Part shown: piece by piece, positions 9,870 through 17,627 of the stretch
Layout of the letters: every line of letters starts with the position of its first letter
Position numbering within the stretch: the first letter of the stretch is position 1
Source of the DNA: Candidatus Iainarchaeum sp.
GTDB taxonomy: Archaea > Iainarchaeota > Iainarchaeia > Iainarchaeales > 1-14-0-10-31-34
NCBI GenBank assembly: GCA_040755695.1
Contig: JBFMAK010000001.1
Span: 384,637-448,636, forward strand
Direction of reading: 5' to 3'
DNA length: 64,000 nucleotides
Position numbers and translations under genes: made by a program
The notes under the pieces: generated by a model
What the model saw: only the letters and a program-made list of their open reading frames with translations
What the model was told of the DNA's origin: nothing
Databases searched by the model: none

Positions 9870-10022
9870 GGGGGGGTAGTCTAGCTTGGTTAGGATTTCA
9901 GCTTGGGGTAAGCCCCTTTTCTTTTTTCCAAAAAGAAAAGGCCTTTGGGTTCAAAAGAAAAAACCTAAAAAAGGAAGGCTTCCAATATGCTGACGACCCG
10001 AGTTCGAATCTCGGCCCTCCCA
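9870..10022 (+). tRNA. tRNA-Pro(GGG) with 79-nt intron (9909-9987) at 37/38
   Basis: Acceptor GGGGGGG/CCCTCCC-A; anticodon stem TCAGC/GCTGA. BHB TTGG/CCAA plus AAGCC/GGCTT. Intron contains repeat copy E (9916-9963). Confidence 0.93.
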
Positions 10023-10030
10023 CTCTGCCC

Positions 10031-10149
10031 CTTTCTTTCTTTTAAAAAAAGAAAGAAAGTGGTAAGTTGCCCCAAAGAAAGAAAAGAAAAGTGCAGGTTG
10101 CCCAAAAGAAAAATGGTGAAAGTTTACAGTCCATCCAAAAGAGAAAAAG
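10031..10149 (+). repeat. Y-R-R triplex-type repeat, copy F, with additional loop+purine units
   Basis: CTTTCTTTCTTTT / AAAAAAAGAAAGAAAG / TGGTAAGTTGCCCC / AAAGAAAGAAAA, followed by further units resembling copies D and A. Confidence 0.8.
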
Positions 10150-10266
10150 CATAGGTTGCAATTTAATTCCAAAAGGAATTAAATGCACATTAAAACCGAA
10201 AGGTTTTAATCGTACCCCAAAGAAAGAAAATACAATTAAATATAAGTTTCAATTAAGGTTTTAATC

Positions 10267-11748
10267 ATGAAAGAAAAAGGCAGTGAAAAGGAAGAGAAGG
10301 TTACTTTCAATATTGACAAGGAAAAGAATTTCTCTGAGTGGTTCACTGAAATAATAAAGAGGGCTGAACTGGCTGACTTAAGGTATAACGTGAAAGGCTT
10401 TATTGTATTCCAGCCTTGGAGTGTTATTTCAATGGAATTAATGTATGCTGAATTGGAAAGGATTCTGAGAATGAAAGGCCATAAGCCTTACTGGTATCCT
10501 GCAGTAATACCTGAAAGCAATTTCAAATTAGAGAAAGAGCACGTTGAAGGATTTGCCCCTCAAGTTTTCTGGGTTACAGAGACAGGCGCAGGAGAAAAAT
10601 TGGAGGAAAGGCTTGCTTTAAGGCCTACTTCAGAAACTGCATTCTACCAAATGTTTGCTTTATGGATTAGGAGTTACAAAGACCTGCCTTTCAAGTCATA
10701 CCAGAGAGCCCAGGTCTTCAGGTACGAGACAAAAGCCACAAGGCCTTTCCTTAGGAGCAGGGAAATTTATTGGATTGAAAGCCATAATGCTTTTGCCTCA
10801 AGAGAGGATTCAATTAAACAAGTGAAAGAAGACATGCAGTCAACAAAGGAATTATTGTATGATTTCCTCTGTGTGCCATTCATTTTCTTTGAGAGGCCTC
10901 AGTGGGACAAGTTTGCAGGGGCAGAATCAACTTATGCTGCTGATTCCTTAATGCCTGACGGAAGGGTAGTGCAATTGCCTTCAACCCATTTGTTGGGGCA
11001 GAACTTCTCCAAGCCATTCAATATTACTTTCAAGGACGAGAAAGGTTCTGATCAGTACGTGTGGAATACGTGCTATGGGCCTGCTGTGAGCAGGATTTTT
11101 GCTGTAATGATGGCAATACACGGAGACAATAACGGCTTGGTTTTTCCTTTTACTGTTTCTCCAGTGCAGGTAATAATAATTCCAATTTTTGATGAAAAGA
11201 ATAAAGAAAAAGTTTTGGCTGAAGCAGAAAAGGGCAGGAAGGAATTGAGTGAATTGGATTTGAGGGCTGAAATAGATGCAGGAGAAGAAAGGCTGGGGGA
11301 CAAGCTTTACTTCTGGGAGATGAAAGGCATTCCCCTGAGAATTGAATTAGGGGAAAAGGAATTAAAGGGGAAGAAGGCCCTCTTGTTCAGGAGAGATACA
11401 AAAAAGAAGGAATTGGTTGCATTGAATGAATTGAAGAAAAAGATTCTGGCTGAAGGAAGGAATTTGAATGAAAGCCTTAGAAAGAAAGCAGAGAAATTCT
11501 TACAGGAATCAATTGTTGAAGCAAAAAGTATTGAAGAAGCAAAGAAACTTGTGCAGAAAGGAAAGATTGCAAGAGTGGAATTCTGCTCTATTGGGTTGGA
11601 TGCAGTTAAATGTGCTGAAGCAATAGAAAAGGAAGCGCAGGCCTCAGTTAGAGGGAAAAGAATTGACTTGGAAGAGAAAACCAAAGGCAATTGCATTGTG
11701 TGCGGCAAAAAGGCTTCTGTTATAGTGTACATTGCAAGGTCTTATTAA
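10267..11748 (+). CDS. proS: Prolyl-tRNA synthetase (archaeal/eukaryotic type)
   Basis: HVEGFAP, LRPTSET, FRYETK..PFLR, C-terminal Zn site and ARSY terminus. Confidence 0.97.
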   Translation: MKEKGSEKEEKVTFNIDKEKNFSEWFTEIIKRAELADLRYNVKGFIVFQPWSVISMELMYAELERILRMKGHKPYWYPAVIPESNFKLEKEHVEGFAPQVFWVTETGAGEKLEERLALRPTSETAFYQMFALWIRSYKDLPFKSYQRAQVFRYETKATRPFLRSREIYWIESHNAFASREDSIKQVKEDMQSTKELLYDFLCVPFIFFERPQWDKFAGAESTYAADSLMPDGRVVQLPSTHLLGQNFSKPFNITFKDEKGSDQYVWNTCYGPAVSRIFAVMMAIHGDNNGLVFPFTVSPVQVIIIPIFDEKNKEKVLAEAEKGRKELSELDLRAEIDAGEERLGDKLYFWEMKGIPLRIELGEKELKGKKALLFRRDTKKKELVALNELKKKILAEGRNLNESLRKKAEKFLQESIVEAKSIEEAKKLVQKGKIARVEFCSIGLDAVKCAEAIEKEAQASVRGKRIDLEEKTKGNCIVCGKKASVIVYIARSY

Positions 11749-11837
11749 GCCAAAAAAGCTTTTTTTGGGATAAAATTAAATAAATCTTTCTCTAATTATG
11801 TTAGGAACCAAATTAATTTATTGTACGGTGCATTTTA

Positions 11838-13151
11838 ATGCCTGAAAAAGACGGCTTGGACCCATTGGTTAGAATGAAGAAGATGAACGCAATGTTCGGA
11901 GGCAAGGCAAAGCTTGCCGAGGTAAGAAAAAAATTAGGCCAGGACTATGAATTGATTGGCCCGAAAAAAACAATCAGGGAGCCAATTTCAGATGAAGAAG
12001 CAAAAAAGAAAATGGAGGAAGAATTAGGCGTAATAAAAGAAGAGGAAAAGAAAGAGCCATGGCAGGAGATAAATGAAATAAAAAAAGAATTAAAAAAACA
12101 GTTAACAGAAAAAGAAGAAAAGAAAGAAGAATTAGAAGAAGAAGTAAAACCAGAGGAATTGGAAGACAAAGGAATTGAATTTGATTTAAGGAAAGAATTA
12201 GAAAGCAAAAAAGCCCCTGCAGAAGAAGAAAAAGAATTAAGAGGCAAATTTGCATTCAAAAAGGAGTTCGCTCCAAAAGAAAAAGAGAAGCCTTTAACCT
12301 CCCAACAGCAGATGATTAAACCTTTTGAAATGGAGGCAAAGCAGAAAAAACCTGAGCCCTGGATTGAACTGGAAAAAGAAAAAAAGCCATTAATTGAAGA
12401 GAAACCGAAAAAGGCGTTCGCACTAGAAAAATTTGAAGTCAGAGAAGAACCAAAAAAAGAAGAGCAAAAAAGGCCTTTTGCAAAGCCCTCGCCTGACTGG
12501 CTGAAAGAGATAGACAAAAAGTTCTCTGAAACAGAAGAGCCAAAAGAATTAGTGTTCAACAGCATAATAACAGAGAAAGCTGAAAGCACGGGCCCCCCAA
12601 AAAAAGAGAAAATAGAAACAGAGGGAATAAGAATTGAGCCAATAAAAACAAAAAAACAGACAGAAGAAGAAAACATGCTCAAAGGATTTGTTTTTGGGGA
12701 AGAAGGGCAAATTCAGCCTGGCGCTGAATCAAGCAAAGAAGAATTGCTTGAAAAGCTTAAGGAAGGCATTGAAACAAAGAAACCTGAAGAAAAAATGCCT
12801 GTGGACAACATAATAAAATTGACAAAAATAATACCGAAAAATGTAGAAGAGGAATTCAGGGAGAAAGAGCCCGAAGAAAAAGAGGGTTCTGACTCATTAG
12901 GAAAACAGCTCGGGAGCATCACCAGCTTCTTTTCCTCAAACATAACCAAATCAATGGGAGGCAAGCCTATCAGCGGAGAAGAACTTGAAGGCCTCACAAA
13001 CGAAGAAAAAAAAGAGATAAAAAAGCTTGTTTCTACTTTGGGCCCTGCAACAAAAAAATACACTAAAGAAGAAATCTACGAATCAATGATCCTTGAAAAC
13101 AAATCAAAAAAGGTTGCAGAAAAAGTTATTTCAATATTATACCAGGAATGA
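11838..13151 (+). CDS. Glu/Lys-rich low-complexity hypothetical protein
   Basis: 437 aa ORF, probably largely disordered, with a short ordered C-terminus. Confidence 0.7.
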   Translation: MPEKDGLDPLVRMKKMNAMFGGKAKLAEVRKKLGQDYELIGPKKTIREPISDEEAKKKMEEELGVIKEEEKKEPWQEINEIKKELKKQLTEKEEKKEELEEEVKPEELEDKGIEFDLRKELESKKAPAEEEKELRGKFAFKKEFAPKEKEKPLTSQQQMIKPFEMEAKQKKPEPWIELEKEKKPLIEEKPKKAFALEKFEVREEPKKEEQKRPFAKPSPDWLKEIDKKFSETEEPKELVFNSIITEKAESTGPPKKEKIETEGIRIEPIKTKKQTEEENMLKGFVFGEEGQIQPGAESSKEELLEKLKEGIETKKPEEKMPVDNIIKLTKIIPKNVEEEFREKEPEEKEGSDSLGKQLGSITSFFSSNITKSMGGKPISGEELEGLTNEEKKEIKKLVSTLGPATKKYTKEEIYESMILENKSKKVAEKVISILYQE

Positions 13152-13161
13152 TTTCAGGCTT

Positions 13162-13635
13162 TCAGCTCACGCTTTGCGTTGTCCTGCCTTTTCTTGGAAG
13201 AAGCAATTCAAACAATGCTATCTTCCTTCCTTTTATTTTTTTTGTTTTTCCCCTGTTCTCAATGAATCCGTGCTTCCTGTAAAGTTTTATTGCATTCCTA
13301 TTAGAGCAGTAAACCGAAAGAAGCGCAATAGAAAAATTTTTTTTCTTAAGAAAATTTATTGAATGCCTCAAGAGTTTTGAGCCTATGCCTTTTCCCCTGA
13401 ATTTTTCTTTTACTGCAAAGCCGTCAATCCCTGCAGTTTCACCCCTTAATTTCAGGAAAATAAATCCTGCCAGAGCCCTGCCCTGCTTTGCAGCAAAAAC
13501 AATTGAATTCCCTTCCTTGAGTTTTTGCGTTATTTTCTCTTTTGGCTCTTTAATGTAATCAAATTCCTTTTTTATCATTGAAGAAATTTCGTTTAAGTAC
13601 TTTTCATTAGGCTTTAAGGTGATTGTAATCCTCAT
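13162..13635 (-). CDS. GNAT family N-acetyltransferase
   Basis: AVKEKFRGKGIGSKLL and N..AIKLYRKHGF. Confidence 0.9.
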   Translation of the reverse strand: MRITITLKPNEKYLNEISSMIKKEFDYIKEPKEKITQKLKEGNSIVFAAKQGRALAGFIFLKLRGETAGIDGFAVKEKFRGKGIGSKLLRHSINFLKKKNFSIALLSVYCSNRNAIKLYRKHGFIENRGKTKKIKGRKIALFELLLPRKGRTTQSVS

Positions 13636-14312
13636 TAAATCTCAGTCTCTTTGATGTAGGATTCAATTTCATTTAATGATACAGCGCAGCCCTTGTACTT
13701 CAAAGCGTAGAGTGATGCCTTAAGGGATTCAATTGAATTGCCTAATTCTTTCTCAAGAAGCCCTAAATCAAAGGCTTCAGCCATCAATTCAACGCTCCTC
13801 ACAATCCTCACTTGACCGCAGAATTCCTTTAATTCCTTGAGCTTTCCCTTATTCATTTTAATTGAAGCATTAAAATTGAGTGAAATGCTTTTCTTCAAAG
13901 AAAGAGGGTATTCAAGCATGGACCTTGCAGTCCTCTCATCTATGACCACAACAGAGGCATTGATTATTTTGTTTAATGCAAGGGCTTCTGCTTCACCGTA
14001 ATGAATGAGCTCAAGAGGCCTTCCGTCATGAAAGAAGCAGTTGTTTGCAATGCCTTCAATCCTTTGAGCGAATTCTCCGATTTTTTCATGCCTGAATACT
14101 TTAATCCAGCCATTCTCTAAGGCCTGCTTTATCCTTATTGCATTCAATTCAAATTTGTCAATCGAGAGAGGAACATTAACTGTCTCTCGTGCTATTGCCT
14201 CGCTGATGTAAAAATTCCCTATTGCTTTTTGTGATAATTCGCCTAACACCTTCATTAAGCAGTTCTCTGAAATTGAAATCAAGGCGCTTGAATCAAAAAC
14301 AAGGTCATTCAT
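13635..14312 (-). CDS. PIN-fold protein
   Basis: VFDSSALI, IHYGEAEALAL, VIDERTAR. Confidence 0.7.
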   Translation of the reverse strand: MNDLVFDSSALISISENCLMKVLGELSQKAIGNFYISEAIARETVNVPLSIDKFELNAIRIKQALENGWIKVFRHEKIGEFAQRIEGIANNCFFHDGRPLELIHYGEAEALALNKIINASVVVIDERTARSMLEYPLSLKKSISLNFNASIKMNKGKLKELKEFCGQVRIVRSVELMAEAFDLGLLEKELGNSIESLKASLYALKYKGCAVSLNEIESYIKETEI

Positions 14313-14868
14313 CCCTGAACAATCCCCCCAGTAATTCTTTTCTTTCTTTTATGCCCAGCTGCTTTTCTTCTGCGTCATGAATTTTTGTTGCGCCGATATA
14401 TGAAAGGAGCTCCTTCTTGCTTGCGCCTGTCAAGTCAGCTGACTGGCTCAAGCTCAAGCCTAAAGCATAAGCCCTTGAAGCCTGCTTCACCTTTGCTTTC
14501 TCGAACACGTTCTGGATGAAGTTGCCGTACTCTTTGTCGACAGCAGAAACCTTTCTTGACAATTCATTCAATTCTTTTTTGAATGAATCAAAATCCTTTC
14601 TCTTCAGGCGCTCTATTGACTCATCCAATGAACCAATTATTTTTGATTTCACGTTCTCCCATTTAACTGAATCAATTATGTGCGGCTTTGAAAGAATTTT
14701 CTGCAGTGAATAAGCAATCAAGGACATTTCAGCCAGAACCTTGTCTGAGTGCAGTGCAGCCAATTCAATCAATTCATTGCTCTCATTCCTTAATCTAACC
14801 AATTCTTTTTTGCAGAAGCTGTCTTTTATTGACTTCATCCTGGAAATAAGGTCTTTAAGCATTTTCAT
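14305..14868 (-). CDS. Hypothetical protein with C-terminal HTH-like segment, overlapping the PIN gene
   Basis: GLSLSQSADLTGAS..ELLSYIG; 8-nt overlap with the downstream gene. Confidence 0.65.
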   Translation of the reverse strand: MKMLKDLISRMKSIKDSFCKKELVRLRNESNELIELAALHSDKVLAEMSLIAYSLQKILSKPHIIDSVKWENVKSKIIGSLDESIERLKRKDFDSFKKELNELSRKVSAVDKEYGNFIQNVFEKAKVKQASRAYALGLSLSQSADLTGASKKELLSYIGATKIHDAEEKQLGIKERKELLGGLFRDE

Positions 14869-14948
14869 AAATTAAAAGCGCGAAAAGATTAAATAATTGT
14901 TATGGCCTAATAGTTTAAGCAAGCCAAATAAGGACTGGGTTGAATTAA

Positions 14949-15581
14949 ATGCCGGCAAAAACAAACTATCCGTTAACCATAATAATAATACTTGTATTTG
15001 CCGTAATTGTATTAGGGGCATTGTATATATTCCTCCCAAAAGAAACTCCAGTAAATAAAGAAAACGAATTCATTCACTCTGATTTAAATGAAGAGCCAGC
15101 ACTTGATATTAGTGACCCGAGAAATTATGACATCAACTACACTCCAGGCCTTCCAAGGATGTCCAAGCCATTGAACTTGATGTACACTGTCAGCAATTGC
15201 CGGGGGGAAATAAAAGACAATACTTTTGTCCAGACAGCTGAAACGCCTCCGCAAGAAGACTGGAATGCCCCAGCAAAAGTTGTAATTAAAGGGACAACAA
15301 TTGACATAAGCCATTACTGGTTTACACTCTGCAGGAATGAAAAGCCCATGGAAGGAAAAGACTTCAATGTCATTGCAGTATTTGAAGACGAAAGATTCTT
15401 TGTGGAAGAAAAAGAGGACTTGGATGTGGTAACACCCCTGTACAATTCAAATGGAGACCCCTGCTTCTGCCCGATAAAAATCCACGTAATCCTGAACGAT
15501 GTAATAAAAGGCACAAGGCTTCTTGATGTAAGGAACCCAGACATGTGGGCAGCCTTCTCCCAGGTAATAGAAGTGAAGTAG
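14949..15581 (+). CDS. Membrane-anchored hypothetical protein
   Basis: N-terminal TM helix; Cys-containing extracellular part. Confidence 0.65.
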   Translation: MPAKTNYPLTIIIILVFAVIVLGALYIFLPKETPVNKENEFIHSDLNEEPALDISDPRNYDINYTPGLPRMSKPLNLMYTVSNCRGEIKDNTFVQTAETPPQEDWNAPAKVVIKGTTIDISHYWFTLCRNEKPMEGKDFNVIAVFEDERFFVEEKEDLDVVTPLYNSNGDPCFCPIKIHVILNDVIKGTRLLDVRNPDMWAAFSQVIEVK

Positions 15582-15589
15582 AAATCAAA

Positions 15590-16168
15590 TTAAAATTTTA
15601 AAAAACCTTTCCTTTTCATTAACAGGTAAGGGAAGCCTTTTTTGTCAATTTTTGAAATATCAATTTCAAGATTTCCAGCAAATTCAAAAAGTTTTTCTCT
15701 TGCTTTTTTCACATTTCCAAAATCTTTTATTGTTTCAATTTCTATAAAATTACCCAATTCCCTGACCTTGTCTAAAGCAATTTCAAATTCATTTTTGTAG
15801 AGGTAAACTTCTCTTTGTTTTTCGACTTTAACCAGTTTTTTTAAATCAAGGGCAGAAAAAATTTTTTTCAATTGATTCGGGTTACTGATTTCGGTTTCAA
15901 ATTCATCACAGTGAGTGCCAGAATCAGAATTTTTAGGGTAATACCAGTGTTTGTAATTTAGAATGGCCTTATTGCCTCTTTTTCTGATGCTCAGCCATTC
16001 AAAAGGATTTTTTGGTTTCACAAAATTTCTGTGGGAAGGAGTGAAATATTCATCTATTTGATGAGACTTTTTCACAAACTTTGCGGTTTTCTTCAATTTA
16101 TTTTTTATTTTAAAGAAAGTGTTTTTATTAATAGGAAATCTAATTTCAATTTCCACATTTTTTGCCAT
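15590..16168 (-). CDS. cyaB: CYTH-domain protein (class IV adenylate cyclase-like)
   Basis: EIEIR, QIDEYF, LSIR, EFET, KQREVY, IALDKV..LGNFIEIE. Start trimmed to MAKNVE because the ORF-track extension runs into tRNA-Trp. Confidence 0.85.
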   Translation of the reverse strand: MAKNVEIEIRFPINKNTFFKIKNKLKKTAKFVKKSHQIDEYFTPSHRNFVKPKNPFEWLSIRKRGNKAILNYKHWYYPKNSDSGTHCDEFETEISNPNQLKKIFSALDLKKLVKVEKQREVYLYKNEFEIALDKVRELGNFIEIETIKDFGNVKKAREKLFEFAGNLEIDISKIDKKGFPYLLMKRKGFLKF

Positions 16169-16171
16169 GAA

Positions 16172-16245
16172 TGGGGTTGCAGGGATTTGAACCCTGACAT
16201 CTTGGTCTGGAGCCAAGCGCGCTACCAGGTTAACGCCACAACCCC
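16172..16245 (-). tRNA. tRNA-Trp(CCA), intronless
   Basis: GGGGTTG...CTTGG-CT CCA GA-CCAAG...CAGGG-TTCAAAT-CCCTG-CAACCCC-A. Confidence 0.94.
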
Positions 16246-16273
16246 TTAAAATAAATCTTAAAAGAAATAGATT

Positions 16274-17338
16274 TTAAACCGATTTGAATTTTTTTAGTTT
16301 CTTCACTGGCCTTCTGAGCTCGCAGCAGTCAATGCCTTCCTTCATGGAGGCAAGAACGCCTACAGCCTCCCAGTAATTGTTTACAGGAATGACATTCCTG
16401 AATCCCATTTTCTCTGGCGTTGCCTTCATTACAGTCCTGTTCTCTTTCACTGCAATTAATGGAATCCCAAACTTCTGTGCTGCAAGGGCAGGAACGCCTC
16501 CCATGCAGGAATAAGGCAGCACAATAGCATTCAATTCATCTATTGTAATGTCTTCCTTAATGCATTCATGGCTTTTAATTAAATGAGGGGCATTGCTTAA
16601 TCCTTGAAGCACGCACCCAAGATATGCTGGGCCAATTGCTTCTGCTGCAGCCCTCGGGTCAACTACACCTGAATTCATTTCCTTCTTTATTTCTTTATGA
16701 GAAAGAAGGGGCGCATGAGCGCAGGGAATGCCAAACTCCTTTGAAATTAAATGAGATATAATTGCCTCTGTGCCACCGTAAGGGTTTGCTGACTTGCCTT
16801 TAAAGTAGGCGTTCAAGTCCTTGAAATCTATTTTTATTGCAAGGGAAATTGCAATTGCCTCTGCGCCTTTTTCAATCAAAGACCTGCAGGAATCAATCAA
16901 TGCCTCCTCATTATGGATTTCCCCCAAGAAAGCGCCTTCCCTTGTCTTGACTGCGCGCGCATCAACAACTTCATTTGTTATTTCATAGCCTATTACATTC
17001 ACTCCCTTTACAGTCCTTATTGCATCAATTGAATTCAATGCAAGGTCATAGCTTTCCTTTTCCATTCCTTTATCTAATACTACCCCCACCTTGTTTGAAT
17101 GCACTTTCCTTAATCCTATTTCTCCCCTGAAAAACTTGTCCAGAGAAAATCCTTCAACGTACAATACATTGCCTCGCGCTAAATCCATTGAGACAGCATT
17201 AACCACATTAGGATGGGCAATCAAGTAATCGCACACTGAAGCCATTGCATTTGTTGCAGGGGTTGCGTCACCCACATAGCCTCCAATGCTTGCCTTCACT
17301 CCTGTGGGCACAATGTGCGCTGCAATAAACTTCTCCAT
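16274..17338 (-). CDS. DUF3326 family protein
   Basis: IVPTGV.ASIGGY.GDA, HPNVVN, YVEGFSLD, PRAAAE, CVL.GL..AP. Confidence 0.8.
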   Translation of the reverse strand: MEKFIAAHIVPTGVKASIGGYVGDATPATNAMASVCDYLIAHPNVVNAVSMDLARGNVLYVEGFSLDKFFRGEIGLRKVHSNKVGVVLDKGMEKESYDLALNSIDAIRTVKGVNVIGYEITNEVVDARAVKTREGAFLGEIHNEEALIDSCRSLIEKGAEAIAISLAIKIDFKDLNAYFKGKSANPYGGTEAIISHLISKEFGIPCAHAPLLSHKEIKKEMNSGVVDPRAAAEAIGPAYLGCVLQGLSNAPHLIKSHECIKEDITIDELNAIVLPYSCMGGVPALAAQKFGIPLIAVKENRTVMKATPEKMGFRNVIPVNNYWEAVGVLASMKEGIDCCELRRPVKKLKKFKSV

Positions 17339-17343
17339 TCAAT

Positions 17344-17529
17344 TCACTTCCTTATGCTCGCATTAATTATTAGCTTCCTGCCTTTCTTTTCCTCTACAGC
17401 AAACCTTAATGTATCAATTCCTTTGGTCTCAAAATAAGAGTCAAGGAAATCCAGCAGCTCTTGAGGCTTTCCAGAATAATTCAATTGAATCCTCGCATTC
17501 TTTACTGTCATGCCAATAACATACAACAA
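17344..17529 (-). CDS. Small hypothetical protein upstream of the DUF3326 gene
   Basis: Same strand, 5 nt from the DUF3326 gene; start may be at 17511. Confidence 0.5.
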   Translation of the reverse strand: MLYVIGMTVKNARIQLNYSGKPQELLDFLDSYFETKGIDTLRFAVEEKKGRKLIINASIRK

Positions 17530-17543
17530 AAAATTATTTAAAA

Positions 17544-17570
17544 GGAGGTATCGGAACCACAGGTTCTGAT
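17544..17570 (+). repeat. REP-like hairpin repeat, copy 2
   Basis: GGAGGT-ATCGGAACC-ACA-GGTTCTGAT between divergent genes. Confidence 0.8.
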
Positions 17571-17627
17571 TTTTAGGATAGAAAAACAGAAAATATTAAA
17601 TTGAGTAATGGCGTTATTTAATGCAAT

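Noticed and set aside
9773..10149. CRISPR-like appearance of recurring GTTGCCC...AAAAG units
   Set aside because: No constant repeat with unique spacers of regular length, and no cas genes in the window.
9089..10264. ORFs of 60-159 aa across the tRNA cluster
   Set aside because: They translate tRNA genes and A/T tracts; not credible proteins.
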